A stretch of DNA of 64,000 nt from Octopus sinensis (taxonomy: Eukaryota): the NCBI RefSeq assembly GCF_006345805.1, contig NC_042997.1:73098001-73162000 (forward strand), read 5' to 3'. The notes below the pieces were generated by a model. That model was not told the DNA's origin and did no database searches. It saw only the letters and a list, made by a program, of their open reading frames with translations. The number at the start of each line of letters is the position of its first letter. Position 1 is the stretch's first letter. A program made the position numbers and the translations under genes. Of this stretch, positions 11,940 through 24,842 are shown piece after piece.

Positions 11940-14900
11940 ATACCACTTCCTGATAGTGACATTTGGTCACTGATCAAGTAGGGGATACGGTGGGACTTTG
12001 TGTACCTCATTACTGCGTCGGTAGCCGTGAAGACTCAACAGGAATACAGAAACGAGACCTCTAATGGGGCTGGCTCTGGTGAATCAAGTCCTCAACAGTA
12101 GGTCAGGTGGTGGAAGTTGTCTCTCAACCAACTCGACGACTGTGAAGGCGAGTGGAGGCTGCAATGAATCTGTTAACTATAATTGTCTTTGTTCATCATT
12201 CAGTTGATGGATTTGTGAAGAACCATGTGCTTCTTGAAGTGCGACACTAAGTACATGCTAAACAAATTCATGCAGAGGCATCTTCGTTCTGTTAGTACAT
12301 TCCTCAATCTTTCGGTGATCAGGGACGGGTGACGGAAACAGGCATGTGAGTTACTAGTCAAAAACTAGCACGAAAGCGGTGAATATTCGATTTAGTCGTT
12401 CATCTTTTGGATAGAGGCAGAAAGGTGCTCGACAGTTATATTCACGATTGAGCAGTCCTATTTAGGATCTGCTCTGCTCACCCTGAATTGGGAAGGGAGT
12501 TAGAAAAGTGCCCTAAAAATAGTCTGTTTCATTCCATCAACTCTGAATAACCGCGTCTAGAGGGATCACCATCCATGCGGTCAGAAAGCTTCAAGAAATA
12601 AAACTCTGAAAATTGGAACTCAGAACATTCGCAATCTTATGGACAACCCAACTTTCGATCGACCTGAGATAAGAACCGCTTTTGTGGCTCGAAAGTTTCG
12701 CCGACTCAGTTTTGACATCGTCACTCTGAGTCAAACCCCCAAAGCTGGAGAGGGTCAAGTGAGAGAAGAACAAGATAATTACACCTTTTTCTGGAAAGGG
12801 GTCGACCCGGAATAACCAAGTATCTACAGAGTGAGTTTTGCCATCAAGAATAGTCGACTACCCAAGCTCATAGAAGAATCAACCCAAAAAAGCGAACGCC
12901 TCATGCCTTTAAATTCATCTTCAAAAGAATCAACGTGCCACCATCATCAGCGCTTATGCTCCAACTATAGACGCTGAAGATGAAGTGAAGGAGAATTTCT
13001 ATGCCCAACTCAACAACATTTTCCCCAAAAGAAACAAAATCATTTTACTTGGAGAATTCAATGCCAGAGTTGGGAGAGACCATAACCTCTGGAAAGGCAA
13101 CATAGAGCAGGAAGGAGTTGGCAAATTCAACGCAAACGGAACACTCTTGACAAAATGTGCAGAACATGACTTGGTGATCACTAACACCTTATTTTGCCAG
13201 AAAACCAAGCACAAAGTTTCCTAGTAACATCCATGTTGCAACCATTGGTACCTGATCAGTGATATCATTGTAAAAATCAGAAACCAACAAGAAGTCATGA
13301 AGACAACTGCAGCCACAGATGCCGGTATGTGTTGGGGAGGCCATCGATTTATTTCATCTATCATGAGAATGATGATACGACCCAAGAGGAAACATCAAAA
13401 CCAAAACAACACCAAGAAAGTAGTGAAACTCTGTATAACACTACATGAAAGACTATCCCAGCAGGAAGTGAAACTCATTATCCATTGAGGAACACTGGAA
13501 CCAACGGAAACCCGTCATTGTAGACACATGCAAATATACCATCGGATTCAAGACCAAGAAACACATCAAACTTGATTCTATGAAAATGATGAGCAACTTG
13601 AGGAAAAAAAAAAGAAAAGCCTTCATCGCCACCACAAATGATTAGAGATCCACTGCAAAATGCAAGCTATATCAAAAATGCGAAGCCGAAGTTCAGAAAA
13701 CTACTCGAAACCTGAAAAACCAATAGTGGAGAGGCAAGGCAAAGGAAATTCAACAACTTGCAGATACCAATGCCACCAGAGGTTTCTTTAATGCCACTCA
13801 GGCAATCGTCAGGCCAGTGGTCAAGCCCCACTGAAAAGCAAGACGGCTCAACCATCCCCAAGAATAATGCCAAGATCAATTTGAGATGGAGAAAGCACTT
13901 CCAAGAGCTTTCAAGACACTTTCAAGACACCAATTTTGATAGTGAGGTCCTAGATCTCGTCCCAAAACAACCATTTGAAGATTCCTTAAACAAGTTACCA
14001 ACCTTTGCTGAAGTGAAAGAAACCGTCATCACCTTGAAGAACAACAAGGCTGCAGGGTTGGAAGGGAACCCCTCTGAGATTTACCAAATCAGCGACAGCC
14101 TACTCCATTACCAACTGCACCAACTCCTCATCAAGATTTGGACCAACGAAGAGCTACCATCTGACTTCAGAGATCCAGCCCACATGACACTTTACAAGAA
14201 GACAAGAGAACGATCTGAACGTGAAAATTTGAGGGGAATCTCCTTTTTGGAAACTTTTGGCAAGGTCCTTGCTCAGATTATGAACAACCGCTTAAAACCA
14301 TTGGCAGCGAAAATTCTTCCGGAGACTCAAGCAGATTTTTAGATCATCACAGGGAACAATTGATATGATCTTCACCTTGCGTCAACTCCTTGCGTTGGTA
14401 CAGCCGTGAACAGTACCAACCGCTGCACATGGCTTTCATTGATCTGGCCAAGGCGTTCGGTTCCGTGTCTCTGGAACATTCTCTTTACCTATAGATGCCC
14501 TCTAAAGTACATCCACATTCTAAGACTCCGCTATGATGACATGTTTGCAACTGTCCTGGTCAACTAAAGAATATTGACCCTTTCCATGTAAAACGGGTGA
14601 AAAGCAGGGATATGTGATCGCCTCAGTACTGTTTGTCATCTTAATCGCTACAAACCTGCACACCATTAAGGAAGATCTTCCATAAGGTATTGAAATCGTC
14701 TATCGAACCCAAAGGAAACTTCAACCTTTCCCGTATCAGTTCCAAAACCAAGATATCCTCCACCTCCCTGATTGAGTTCCAATATGCAGATGACAACTGT
14801 ATTGCTGCTCTTTCGGGGCTTGGGGGGGGGAGACCTTCAGCAGGTCCAGGCCCTGAACGCCTTCAACCGAGCATACAGCACCCTTGGTCTCACCGTCAAC

Positions 14901-15770
14901 TCTAAGAAGACCCAGATTCTGTACCAAGCAGCCCCAAACGACCCAACCAGAAGAGCCGTCAATGAAGCTCAGAGAAACAACCCTCGAAAGTGTGGACCAC
15001 TTTCCTTATCTTGGGAGTTATCTCTCATCAAATCTTGACCTGAGCAATGAGATTCAGCATCGTCTGAAGTGTGCTGGAACTGTCCTTTGACCGTCTCTGT
15101 GACATAATCTTTCAAGACCGTGACATCAGAACCGACGCCAAAATAGTTGTGTACAAAGCGGTCGTCATCCGAACACTCCTGTACGCATCTGAAACCTGTA
15201 CATCGTACTGTCGCCATCTGAAAACGTTGGGTAAGTTTCATGAAAGATGCTATAGAAGTATCCTGAATATCGGCTGGGAAGACAGAAGAACAAACGTCAG
15301 CATCTTGAAAGAGGCCAAAAGAAGCATCGAGGCTCACATCATTAAGAATCAAGTGAGATGGAGTGGGCATGTTGTTCTAATGTCCGATGACCGTTTACCA
15401 ATGCAGATCTATTCTCAACTGAATGAAGGAAAGAGGAAGAAAGATGGACAGAAGGGATACAGGCATCTGTTGAAGGCCAACATGAAAATATGTAACATCA
15501 ATTTCAACAACTGGGAAGAAAATGCAAATGACCGAAACCTCTGGAAATCAATCATCTCCCAAGGAACAACTACATTGGAGACAAACAAATGTGAAGAACT
15601 GGAAGAAAAGCGAAGAAGGAGGAATGAGGCGCAACTCCAACAATTTACCCAACTTATAGAAGATACTTCATAGCCCGAAATGAACTCTTCGACCACCTTC
15701 GAGTGCACCAACAACCCAACATGGACTACAACGAAGACCATCATCTTCTACAATAAAAGCAAGATCATCA
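11940..15770 (+). mobile_element. Near full-length degenerate RTE-clade LINE (AP endonuclease + RT), many stops and frameshifts
   Basis: EN start LKIGTQNIRNLMDNP...DRPEIRTAFVAR (~12600), LGEFNARVG, KNNKAAGLEG, FQYADD, VDHFPYLGSYLS, QVRWSGHVVLMSDDRLPMQI; 5' boundary approximate. Confidence 0.9.
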
Positions 15771-15789
15771 GCATATATTAGTTCCCTTA

Positions 15790-16110
15790 GGCGCCCAGTT
15801 TTGAATTCCTCTGTTATGGCCTGGAGAACTATGAAGAATTAGAGTGGACTAAGCACCGACCCCTGGTAAACTCCAGCTAGTACACTAAATTCATCAGTGT
15901 ATTCAAGGCCGACTCTCATCTTACTGACAGCATCGTTGTACATGGCTTGAATGGCTCTAACAAGTCGCTCCTATACCCCTAGCTTTCTTAGAGACCACCA
16001 GATGAGAAATCGGGAAACCCTTTCGAAAGCTTTCTCCAGATAGACGAAGGCTAAGTACAATGGTTAACTTTTGGCCAAATACTTTTCTTGCAACTGTCTT
16101 ACTATGATTA
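15790..16110 (-). mobile_element. RTE-like LINE RT fragment
   Basis: Minus strand: IVRQLQEKYLAK...LAFVYLEKAFERV...WWSLRKLGV...GVYQGSVLSPL. Confidence 0.8.
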
Positions 16111-16185
16111 AATGATAATACTGATTGTTTTTATATCTGGGAATTTAAAAATACTCTTGCTACATGATTCACTGAAATATATTTA

Positions 16186-17430
16186 CAGGGTGCGATGGGT
16201 AAACTCTCGCGATGTTATATCTATAATTTTGCGTGTTGTTTGTTTTTGATTTTGTCAACTAAACAGAATACAAGGGTCAGTTGGGCATCGTCTGTGAGAA
16301 AAACATCATCATGATGCAATTCTCTCTGTCAGAAATTTGGGAACGACATACTGTACTGCTTGATATTTGCACCAGAAGCTCTCTTACGAACATTTCAGAG
16401 TGTTTGGGCGTGCGTCAGTCTGAGGACAATGGAGAGGATTCGGAAAGAGATGGATGAGTTTAATGGTGATTACGAAGGTACGACAGATCGCAAACCTCCT
16501 TCTGATCGTTATCCAGGCTATGATTGACAATTCAATCAGGTCTATCGCCAGGGACATGGGATTGTCTGAGTTTCATATCAGGCAGGTATTGCATGAGGAC
16601 ATTCGTCATTCCTCATACAAGGTGAGAAAGGGCCAATTTATATTCCAAGCTATCAAGGACAAGAGGAAAGACCGGCCACGAAGCTTTTGAACAAATTGAA
16701 GCATCCCCTCCAACGAATTATGCTTTGGTTTTCTTCAGACGAGAAAGATTTCTGTCAGGGTCAGATGGTGAACACACAGAACAGCCGTTGGCTTGCCGTG
16801 TTCCCAAAATATATACCGAGAGTGATAAAATCAAGCATCCAATAAACATCATGGGTGTTTGGCGTGATCACTAGTGATGGCGACGTTATGCCTCCATTCA
16901 TCTTCCCACGCGGCCTCACACTCAATACGGAGGCCTACATCAAGTGCCTGGAGGAGGTAGTGCTGCCCTGGGTCAGGAGGATGGCTGTTGGAAGACCCTT
17001 TGTCTGATAACAGGACTCTGCACCATGCCACACAAGCAGGAGAACCCAGTCATGGCTGTCAGACAATTTCTGCGACCACATCACCCCTATCATCTGGCCA
17101 CCTAACTCCCCAGACTACAACCCCCTTGATTATTATGTGTGGTGTGCTAGAGACCAACAAATCTCCTTGTAACACCAAAGATGAACTAAAGGCAAGGATT
17201 ATGGCAGCACTCACCAACTTCAACAAGGAGACCGTCCAGAGAGTTGCAGGAGATTCCGAAGTCGTCTGGTGGCCGTGGTTGAAGACAATGGCGATTTTAT
17301 TGAAGACATTTACACCTCAGTATTTCAAGATATTTTAATATAATTTTGGTAAATATACCTTTTAAAATGGGTTGTCAGTGTTTTATTCATTTTTGCGTAA
17401 TTTAGACCACAATTTATTCACAGCACCCTG
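16186..17430 (+). mobile_element. Tc1/mariner superfamily DD37D (maT-like) transposon, degenerate
   Basis: TA flanks, CAGGGTGC/GCACCCTG termini; WFSSDEKDF; QDSAPCH...WPPNSPDYNPLDYYVW with 37 residues counted between the second and third Asp. Confidence 0.9.
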
Positions 17431-17455
17431 TACATACATACATACATACATACAT

Positions 17456-18003
17456 GGTGGCTGTCCCCTCGTTATCGAGTATGGCCTTGCAAGAAGCTTA
17501 ATCAATGTTGTTATCGTGCAATGCCTGTGCAAGACGATTTTTTTTTAAGTGAGGAAAGGCTGTGCACTGAGTCAATCCCACTCACTAAGCAACAGCAGCC
17601 ATAATCCGAAAAGAACAAGTCAACATAATCGGTAACCACTGAGCCGCAGGTTTTATGTCGGAGTTCTCCCAGTTACCTGAGTTACCTTCTCCTAGAAGGA
17701 TGCCCTAACAAAGGCTAGGAGTACTTCACTCCCAATGGTTTAACCGCGCGATCGGGTATTCAGTCCGATTATTTCTATGTCCTCGCGCATGATACAGCCT
17801 TAAGACATTTATTGGATGGCCGTTGACTCTCAAGAGTTCCTTCACCCTTTGACGGGTTTTGCTTTTCATTCCGCAGGGTGTCCAATAAACACCCTCCTCA
17901 CCAAGCACGCTTGGCGGGGTTGCCGGTTTAGTCGCTGACGACCAGACTATGAAACAGGTTGTACCGGGTTACATGTTACCAGTAGCACTCGAAAGTGACC
18001 TGG
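17456..18003 (-). mobile_element. Non-autonomous retroelement with an RTE-LINE 3' tail
   Basis: Last ~45 nt ATTAAGCTTCTTGCAAGGCCATACTCGATAACGAGGGGACAGCC nearly identical to the 43396-43440 RTE end; non-coding body; (TACA)n on both sides. Confidence 0.7.
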
Positions 18004-18046
18004 CCTGACATACATACATACATACATACATACATACATACATACA

Positions 18047-18077
<31 letters not shown>

Positions 18078-18198
18078 TTGTAATGAGTATTTACAACAGT
18101 GTGATGAACCAACACACTTGGCAGGTTAACGCCTGTCTATATGCGCTGGCTACTATTGTAAAACAGTACATGAATGATATTCAGAAATAAACCTGTCG

Positions 18199-18440
18199 AG
18201 GCGCGTGACTTAGTGGTTAGAGTGTTAGCATCATGATCGTAAGATTGTGGTTTCGATTCCTGGACTGGGTGACGCGTTGTGTTCTTGAGCAAAACACTTC
18301 ATTTCACGTTGCTCCAGTCCACTCAGCTAGCAAAAATCAGTAACGCTGCGATGTACTGGCATCCCGTCCATCTGAGGAACACATACGCCATAGAAACAGG
18401 GAAACCGGGCCCATGAGCCAGGCTAGGCTTTAAAAAGGGT
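18199..18440 (+). mobile_element. tRNA-derived SINE
   Basis: A box TGACTTAGTGG, B box GTTTCGATTCC, CTTGAGCAAAACAC central motif. Confidence 0.8.
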
Positions 18441-18447
18441 GCAATGT

Positions 18448-18694
18448 GGAGGTGCAATAGCCCAGTGGTTAGGGCAGTGGACTCGCGGTCGGAGGATCGC
18501 GGTTCCGATTCCCAGACTGGTACTTTATAGGCGCAGGGGTAGCTGTGTGGTAAGTAGCTTGCTTACCAACCACGTGGTTCCGGGTTCAGTCCCACTGCGT
18601 GGCCCATTGGGCAAGTGTCTTCTACTATAGCCTCGGGCCGACCAAAGCCTTGTGAGTGGATTTGGTAGACGGAAACTGAAAGAAGCCCGTCGTA

Positions 18695-18736
<42 letters not shown>

Positions 18737-19385
18737 TGACTCTCTTTCTCTCTTCTCTCCTCCTCTCTCTCGTTACATACCCACCTTCCCCTCCCCCACA
18801 TACCCACCTCTACCCCCACCCTCTGCCTACCCACAAACCCCAACTCTACCCCAACCCCCAGCCGAACCCACACCCCACCCGTGCTTTCTCCACTCTCGTC
18901 TCCCCCACCCCAACATCACATCACAACACACCACCCACACACCCATCCCCACATCTTCACATCTACACATACATACACACATACGTCCAGACCACCAGCC
19001 CTCTTTCACACGCACATACATACTCTCTTACACACGCACGCATCTTTGTGTTGGGGGTCCTCTTTACCTTGTTATCTCCCCTACTTTCCTTCTCGTGTTT
19101 GACCCTTCTGTCCGGCACTAGTCGATTCCCGGCGACGCGTTGTGTCCTTGAGCAAGACACTTTATTTCACGTTGCTCCAGTCCACTCAGCTGGCAAAAAT
19201 GAGTTGTACTTGTATTTCAAAGGGTCAGCCTTGTCACTCTCTGTGTCACGCTGATTATCCCCGAGAACTACGTTAAGGGTACACGTGTCTGTGGAATGCT
19301 CAGCCATTTGCACGTTAATTTCACGAGCAAGCTGTTCCGTTGATCGTATCATCTGGGACCCTCGTCGTCGTAACCGGCGGAGTCT
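18448..19385 (+). mobile_element. tRNA-derived SINE interrupted by a second SINE (18530-18693) and a C-rich tract
   Basis: Head with A box TAGCCCAGTGG and B box GGTTCCGATTCC at 18448-18520; body resumes near 19125 with GCGTTGTGTCCTTGAGCAAGACAC. Confidence 0.7.
18530..18693 (+). mobile_element. SINE 5' half, same family as 2087
   Basis: High identity to 2090-2245. Confidence 0.9.
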
Positions 19386-19391
19386 TTTAAG

Positions 19392-19566
19392 TCGCCATGA
19401 TAGATCGTTAGCCACAACACGCATTTTTTTTCTCTCCGTGTATCTTTCTGTAGAAGAGCGTAGGCTCGAAACGTAAAAGACTTTTTCTATTCCTGAGCGT
19501 TATACTAATACATCTGTTTGTTTAGTACACCACCTATCTTCGTCTTTCGTTTTTTTCGTAAACTCT

Positions 19567-19572
<6 letters not shown>
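19392..19572 (+). mobile_element. Short PLE-type 3'-end repeat containing an HHR-like motif
   Basis: Second copy at 168-292; contains TCTTT-CTGTAGA-A-GAGC-GTAG-GCTC-GAAAC-GTA-AAAGA; ends at (TA)n. Confidence 0.65.
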
Positions 19573-19624
<52 letters not shown>

Positions 19625-19630
<6 letters not shown>

Positions 19631-19858
19631 ATATGTTTGTGTGTCTGTGTTTGTCCCCTCCCCAACATCGCTTGACAACTGATGCTGGTGTGTTTACGTC
19701 CCCGTAACTTAGCGGTTGACTAAAGAGACCGATAGAATAAGTACTAGGCTTATAAAGAATAAGTCCTGGGGTCGAGTTGCTCGATCGACTAAAGGCGGTG
19801 CTTCAGCATGGCCACAGTCAAATGAGTGAAACAAGTAAAAGAGTAAAAGAGTAAAACC
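19625..19858 (+). mobile_element. SINE 3' half
   Basis: Matches 2280-2470. Confidence 0.9.
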
Positions 19859-19879
19859 GAAATAACAAAGAAAGTACCA

Positions 19880-21030
19880 TCATGGGTTTTAAAGACAGAA
19901 AAAAGATAATTGGTTTACGGATGACCATCAGTCATGTAATGATGCTTTTTGCATGCAAACAAGCAAATCACTACACGTCCAACCAACTGAAAGTAAAGGA
20001 GATAGAAATGATGTTTGGAGACAGTAAAAAGGGGACTTACACTTGTAACTGACTACCCAAAAGTAGGAGTTAAAAGCTGTCAGTGAAAAACTCCGACATC
20101 AGAAGAGAATAACCAAGAGAAGAACAATAAGCAAAAAATTTAACCGCAACCAGGCAGCAGTATACAGAGACATGAGTGGAGGAGCAGTAAACATCACGGA
20201 AGCTCTTTCACGAGAAGACATAGACTCATTCTGGAAGAAAATCTGGAGTGAAGAGAAGGAATTTAACCAAGATGCTTTGTGGCTGGAAGAAATCCGAAAA
20301 AGTTATTGCTCCTGCGTTACATACAAGACATATAACACTGATGGTGAAACTCTTGCAACTGTGATACAGAAACTCCAGGATGGAAAAGCTCTTGGAAGAG
20401 ACTTGATTGGTAGAAGAAGCTAACCTTCTACCGACGATACCTTATCAATCTGTATCGGCAAGCTTTCATTGGGAACAGTATCATATCGCACTGACTAGCT
20501 CTGGCAGAGACAAAATTGATCCCCAAATGCAGAAATCCGTTGGAAGGATAATCCTGAGGACAAAGAAATAAAAAAATACCACAATATGGAATACTGGTGG
20601 AATGTACTAGTGAAGACCTCAATAAAATGTAAGCACAAGAGAAACTGCACAGTTGGAGAAATTAGCTGCCCAGCGGATGTTAATATAAAGCTGAAGATCA
20701 GTGATGCTGAACTATTGAGAAATCTATAGTTACTCTATCCAAATTACAAGTTCAGGTTTAATTCTTGGGGCCCTGGGATATGTAACACATAACTGCCTAC
20801 ATACCAGTTTTGTAACTGCTTACATACCAATCTTGAGAAATTAGGCTTCTCAAAACCAGAAAGATAGTTAATTCGAAGGCTACAGATCCAATCCATTACT
20901 GGATCTGTAAAAATCTGTAAAACTTTCCAGAGGTTTGCCATTTAAATGTATATGAGCATATCTAGAAGGAACCTTGGATCTAGGTTAGAAACTGGTTCTT
21001 TCTCTATCCGCAAGAAAACTTGAAATAAAC
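19880..21030 (+). mobile_element. Internally deleted R4/Dong-like (restriction-like endonuclease) non-LTR element
   Basis: FWKKIWSEEKEFNQDALWLEE...KLQDGKALGRDLIG; C-terminal CTVGEISCPADVNIKLKI...LLRNL-LLYPNYKFRF...LGALGYV...LEKLGF...KICKTFQ. Confidence 0.7.
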
Positions 21031-21052
21031 TGGATAATGACATACATACATG

Positions 21053-21168
<116 letters not shown>

Positions 21169-21326
21169 TAGAAGTCACATTGTATAGCCTGGACTCGCAG
21201 AACTAGGGATTTATGCAGTCATTTTGGCAAGCTACTGCATTCTCAGACTCCATTTCCTGAGCGCCTATTAATAATAATACTGTAATTGTTCCATTGTTGT
21301 TGTTTTTTTGTTTTCCCGTTTGGATT

Positions 21327-21357
<31 letters not shown>

Positions 21358-21358
<1 letters not shown>

Positions 21359-21735
21359 CTATATAAACGGCAGTTTGTCTGTGTACGTGTCTGTGTGTCT
21401 GTTAGGTTGTACCCTCAACCTGACCACGGCTTTCAACCGATTCTGATGAAACTTGACATACACATAGCCCAATGTCATAATTCAAAACTAACGCAGCGAA
21501 AATTTTGAAAAGTTCCCCCAGTTCTGAAAAAGATCGATAAATTCGACATGGGGTCGACAATCAGAAACACAAACCACAGACTGTCTAGGGGACGCAACTC
21601 GACCTTTTTAACTCTCAAAAAACATTTACCATCATTTTTTTCCCATTTTTTTGATATTTTTTGGCTATAACTCTCTAAAAATGCTTTATAGTTATTTCCC
21701 TTACAAACCCGAGCAACGCCGGGCGATACTGCTAG
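21358..21735 (+). mobile_element. Non-autonomous Helitron
   Basis: Begins TC after A(21357); subterminal hairpin CCCG-AGCAACGC-CGGG (21708-21723); ends CTAG (21732-21735) followed by T; no TSD. Confidence 0.85.
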
Positions 21736-22114
21736 TATATTGATAAAAATGGTAAGACAACAAAAGAATGAAAGAGACCTCGATATTATGTAAATAGAGG
21801 AATTTATCTGTAAATGCTATACTTGACAATTATTAGGTAGCCATGATATGTATACATACATAAATACATATATATATATAATTATAATTAAGGGTTATTT
21901 GCAACAAGTTGCTTAAACCACATACCGAAAATATTAGAAATAGCAGCCAAATAGGTTACCATTACTATTACTACAAAAATAAGTCTCCACAAACAAACAG
22001 AATTTGTAACCCGTATATATATGTATAAGTAAGGTTATATATGCATATATGTATCTAAGACGTTGTATCCATTCACCGTTAGACGGTGGTGAGTGGGACA
22101 AACGCATACACACG

Positions 22115-22240
<126 letters not shown>

Positions 22241-22511
22241 AGTGTGTGTGTGTGTCTATATATATTTATATGTATGTATGTGTGTGTGTGTGTGTATACA
22301 ACCTTCATCAAAGTAATAGCCATGTATACAACTTGAACAGACACATATCAGTATATAAACATATGTTTACATGTACATACACACAGACATGTCTACACGC
22401 TTACCTAAATACTCACGTACATACATAAGTACATACGTACATACATGCATACCTACATACATACATGCATACATACATACATACATACATACATACGTAC
22501 GTACATACATA

Positions 22512-24136
22512 CCGTAAATCCTCGAGTATAGTCCGCCCTTGAGTATATAATACGCAGGGAATTTTTAGGGGGCTGTACCTCTGAAAAACTTAAATCTTTT
22601 GTATAATACGCACCCCTTCTCTAACTTGAGACAAGTAGGTGTATATAACGTCCTTAGTTTGTAAAAATGTATACTGTAACGTCCTTTATTATTATTATTA
22701 TTATCATATATATAACATAATGCAAACGTGTAGCTTTTCTGTGCATTTTGTTTGCAGAAAATAAAGAAATATCAGTAATAACGTCAGTGAAAAATAAATA
22801 TTAAGTAAATTGCCTTTACATATTTATCACTATCAGTTACAAAAGCAAAAGGAAAAACATTTATTCAAATCCTTTAAATTCAACGTCACTTTTAGCATCA
22901 AATAACTGTTCCATTTGTTCCTCCGTAAACATGTCAGCATCATTGTAGTGTAAATCTCCGTCATCGTCAGATTCATAGTCAACATCATTTATTTCATCAT
23001 TTCATCATTTCATTTATTCCATCTTTCCGTACAACATCATCCCGAGTACCATCCAGTGCAGACGATATACAACATTTGATAAAACTTTTTACAATAATCT
23101 GGGGATCAAGTTCATTCCATGCATGCACGATTCAATTGCATATCAAGGTCAGATCGGGAGCGCGAACCCTCCCACCTTTAGTGAACGACTTTATGCTTTG
23201 ACATAAAGTTACTGGGCCACCCAAGTGATGCTTTAAATTCTGACTCATTTTGCCTGTAGCCTCAAATGCACTGTATTAATTGGCTATTCCACCAAGTCTT
23301 CTTTCCTCTACTCATTGAAGCAAAATTTCTTTCAAGCTCACGATGTTTGGCTTTTTTCCCCCTTCTTGCCTTCTTTATCTTTGGCATCTGTTTAATTTCA
23401 TCATTATTTCTTCTCCATAACCTGACATTGCTTTCGTCAACATCAAATTTTCTTCCGGCGGCCCTATTACCATGCTCTTCAGCATATGATATAACTTCAA
23501 GTTTAAACATAGCTGAATGAGATCTGCGAGGCATTTTATGGGCATGTAATGTATAAAATGTTTTATTGGGGATTAATATACAGGTTTAAGTCCCGCTTAT
23601 AAAAAAACCCTAGTAAACACCCACAGTAGTTCAAACATTTAATACTGGTATTTAATTAAGTATCTATTGTTTGCCACGGTAATGATGCAAACTGCCAATA
23701 CAAACAGCAGGATTAACTATTTAGCACTAAACTATTAAGCACAATTCGTGCGAAAATTCAGCCAGCAGCACCCAGTCGAACAAACACTTCCACGCATGCG
23801 TAATACAATAATGGTGATATTCTTAACTGTAATATAGGAATGTAAATATGTTTGCAAATTGTTTTTTTACATGTTATTCTGTGTTCTAAATAATTTTATT
23901 TTAATAAATGTTGCTTACTGCAAGTTATGGATGATTCTTTAATGACTTCATTGCTTTCAAGCTTAGCTTAAGGACATCACAAAATGCCTCTGAATAAACA
24001 TTGCCGAACAGCAAATAAAGACTCGGACATTGCTTAGCAAATATTTTTCATTTTTAACCTCGTATATAGTACGCACTAGGGATGTTGACCTTTAAAGTTT
24101 TGGGAAAAAATGTGAATTATACTCGAGGATTTACGG
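22512..24136 (-). mobile_element. pogo/Tigger-like DNA transposon, internally deleted
   Basis: Perfect 19-bp TIR CCGTAAATCCTCGAGTATA at both ends with TA duplication; N-terminal DNA-binding ORF 23262-23534 and a C-terminal remnant (APDLTLICN...HAWNELDPQIIVKSF). Confidence 0.92.
23262..23534 (-). CDS. Truncated pogo transposase N-terminus (Brinker-like HTH DNA-binding domain), 90 aa
   Basis: MPRRSHSAMFKLEVISYAEEHGNRAAGRKFDVDESNVRLWRR; lies inside the TIR element; expression unknown. Confidence 0.6.
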   Translation of the reverse strand: MPRRSHSAMFKLEVISYAEEHGNRAAGRKFDVDESNVRLWRRNNDEIKQMPKIKKARRGKKAKHRELERNFASMSRGKKTWWNSQLIQCI

Positions 24137-24509
24137 TACATACATACATACATACATGCGTATAGGCATGCACACATGCATATGTATGTACACATATACA
24201 AACGCACATACATGTAGACACACATACATACATATGCACATAAATACGTACCTATATATCATGAACTAACTGTTACTTTCTCAGATGCAGCACAGAAGTT
24301 TGTCAGTGAACAGGCCGCAATCTGAAAGCGACGAAAATATTTTGGCAAATTAAATTTAAATGTTGAAGTGAATCTAACGGTTTTTGTGTGTTTCTTAAAT
24401 GGCTTATAAACACCTTCCACGCTACAATTGTTTTCGTTCCAGCACACGATCTCAGATCAGGTCACTTGCTGTGCAAGTACATCTCCGTAATATATATATG
24501 TTCTTTTAT

Positions 24510-24715
24510 TCTTTTATTTCTTTCAGTCACTTGACTATGGCTATGCTTGAACACCGCCTGTAGTCGAACAAATCGACCCCAGGACTTATTCTTTGTAAGC
24601 CTAGTAATTATTCTATCAGTTTCTTTTGCCGAACCGCTAGCTTACGAGGTCGTAAACACAGCAACATCAATTGTCAAGCGATGGTGATGGGGACAAACAC
24701 AGACACACAAACACA

Positions 24716-24801
<86 letters not shown>

Positions 24802-24804
24802 ATG

Positions 24805-24842
<38 letters not shown>

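Noticed and set aside
17900-18003. Possible HDV-like ribozyme at the 5' end of the RTE-tailed element
   Set aside because: I could not build P3, L3 and P1.1 by hand; a descriptor search would be needed.
18448-18520. tRNA-like sequences (also 18199 and other SINE heads)
   Set aside because: A and B boxes are present but they run into SINE bodies and do not close an acceptor stem, so they are not tRNA genes.
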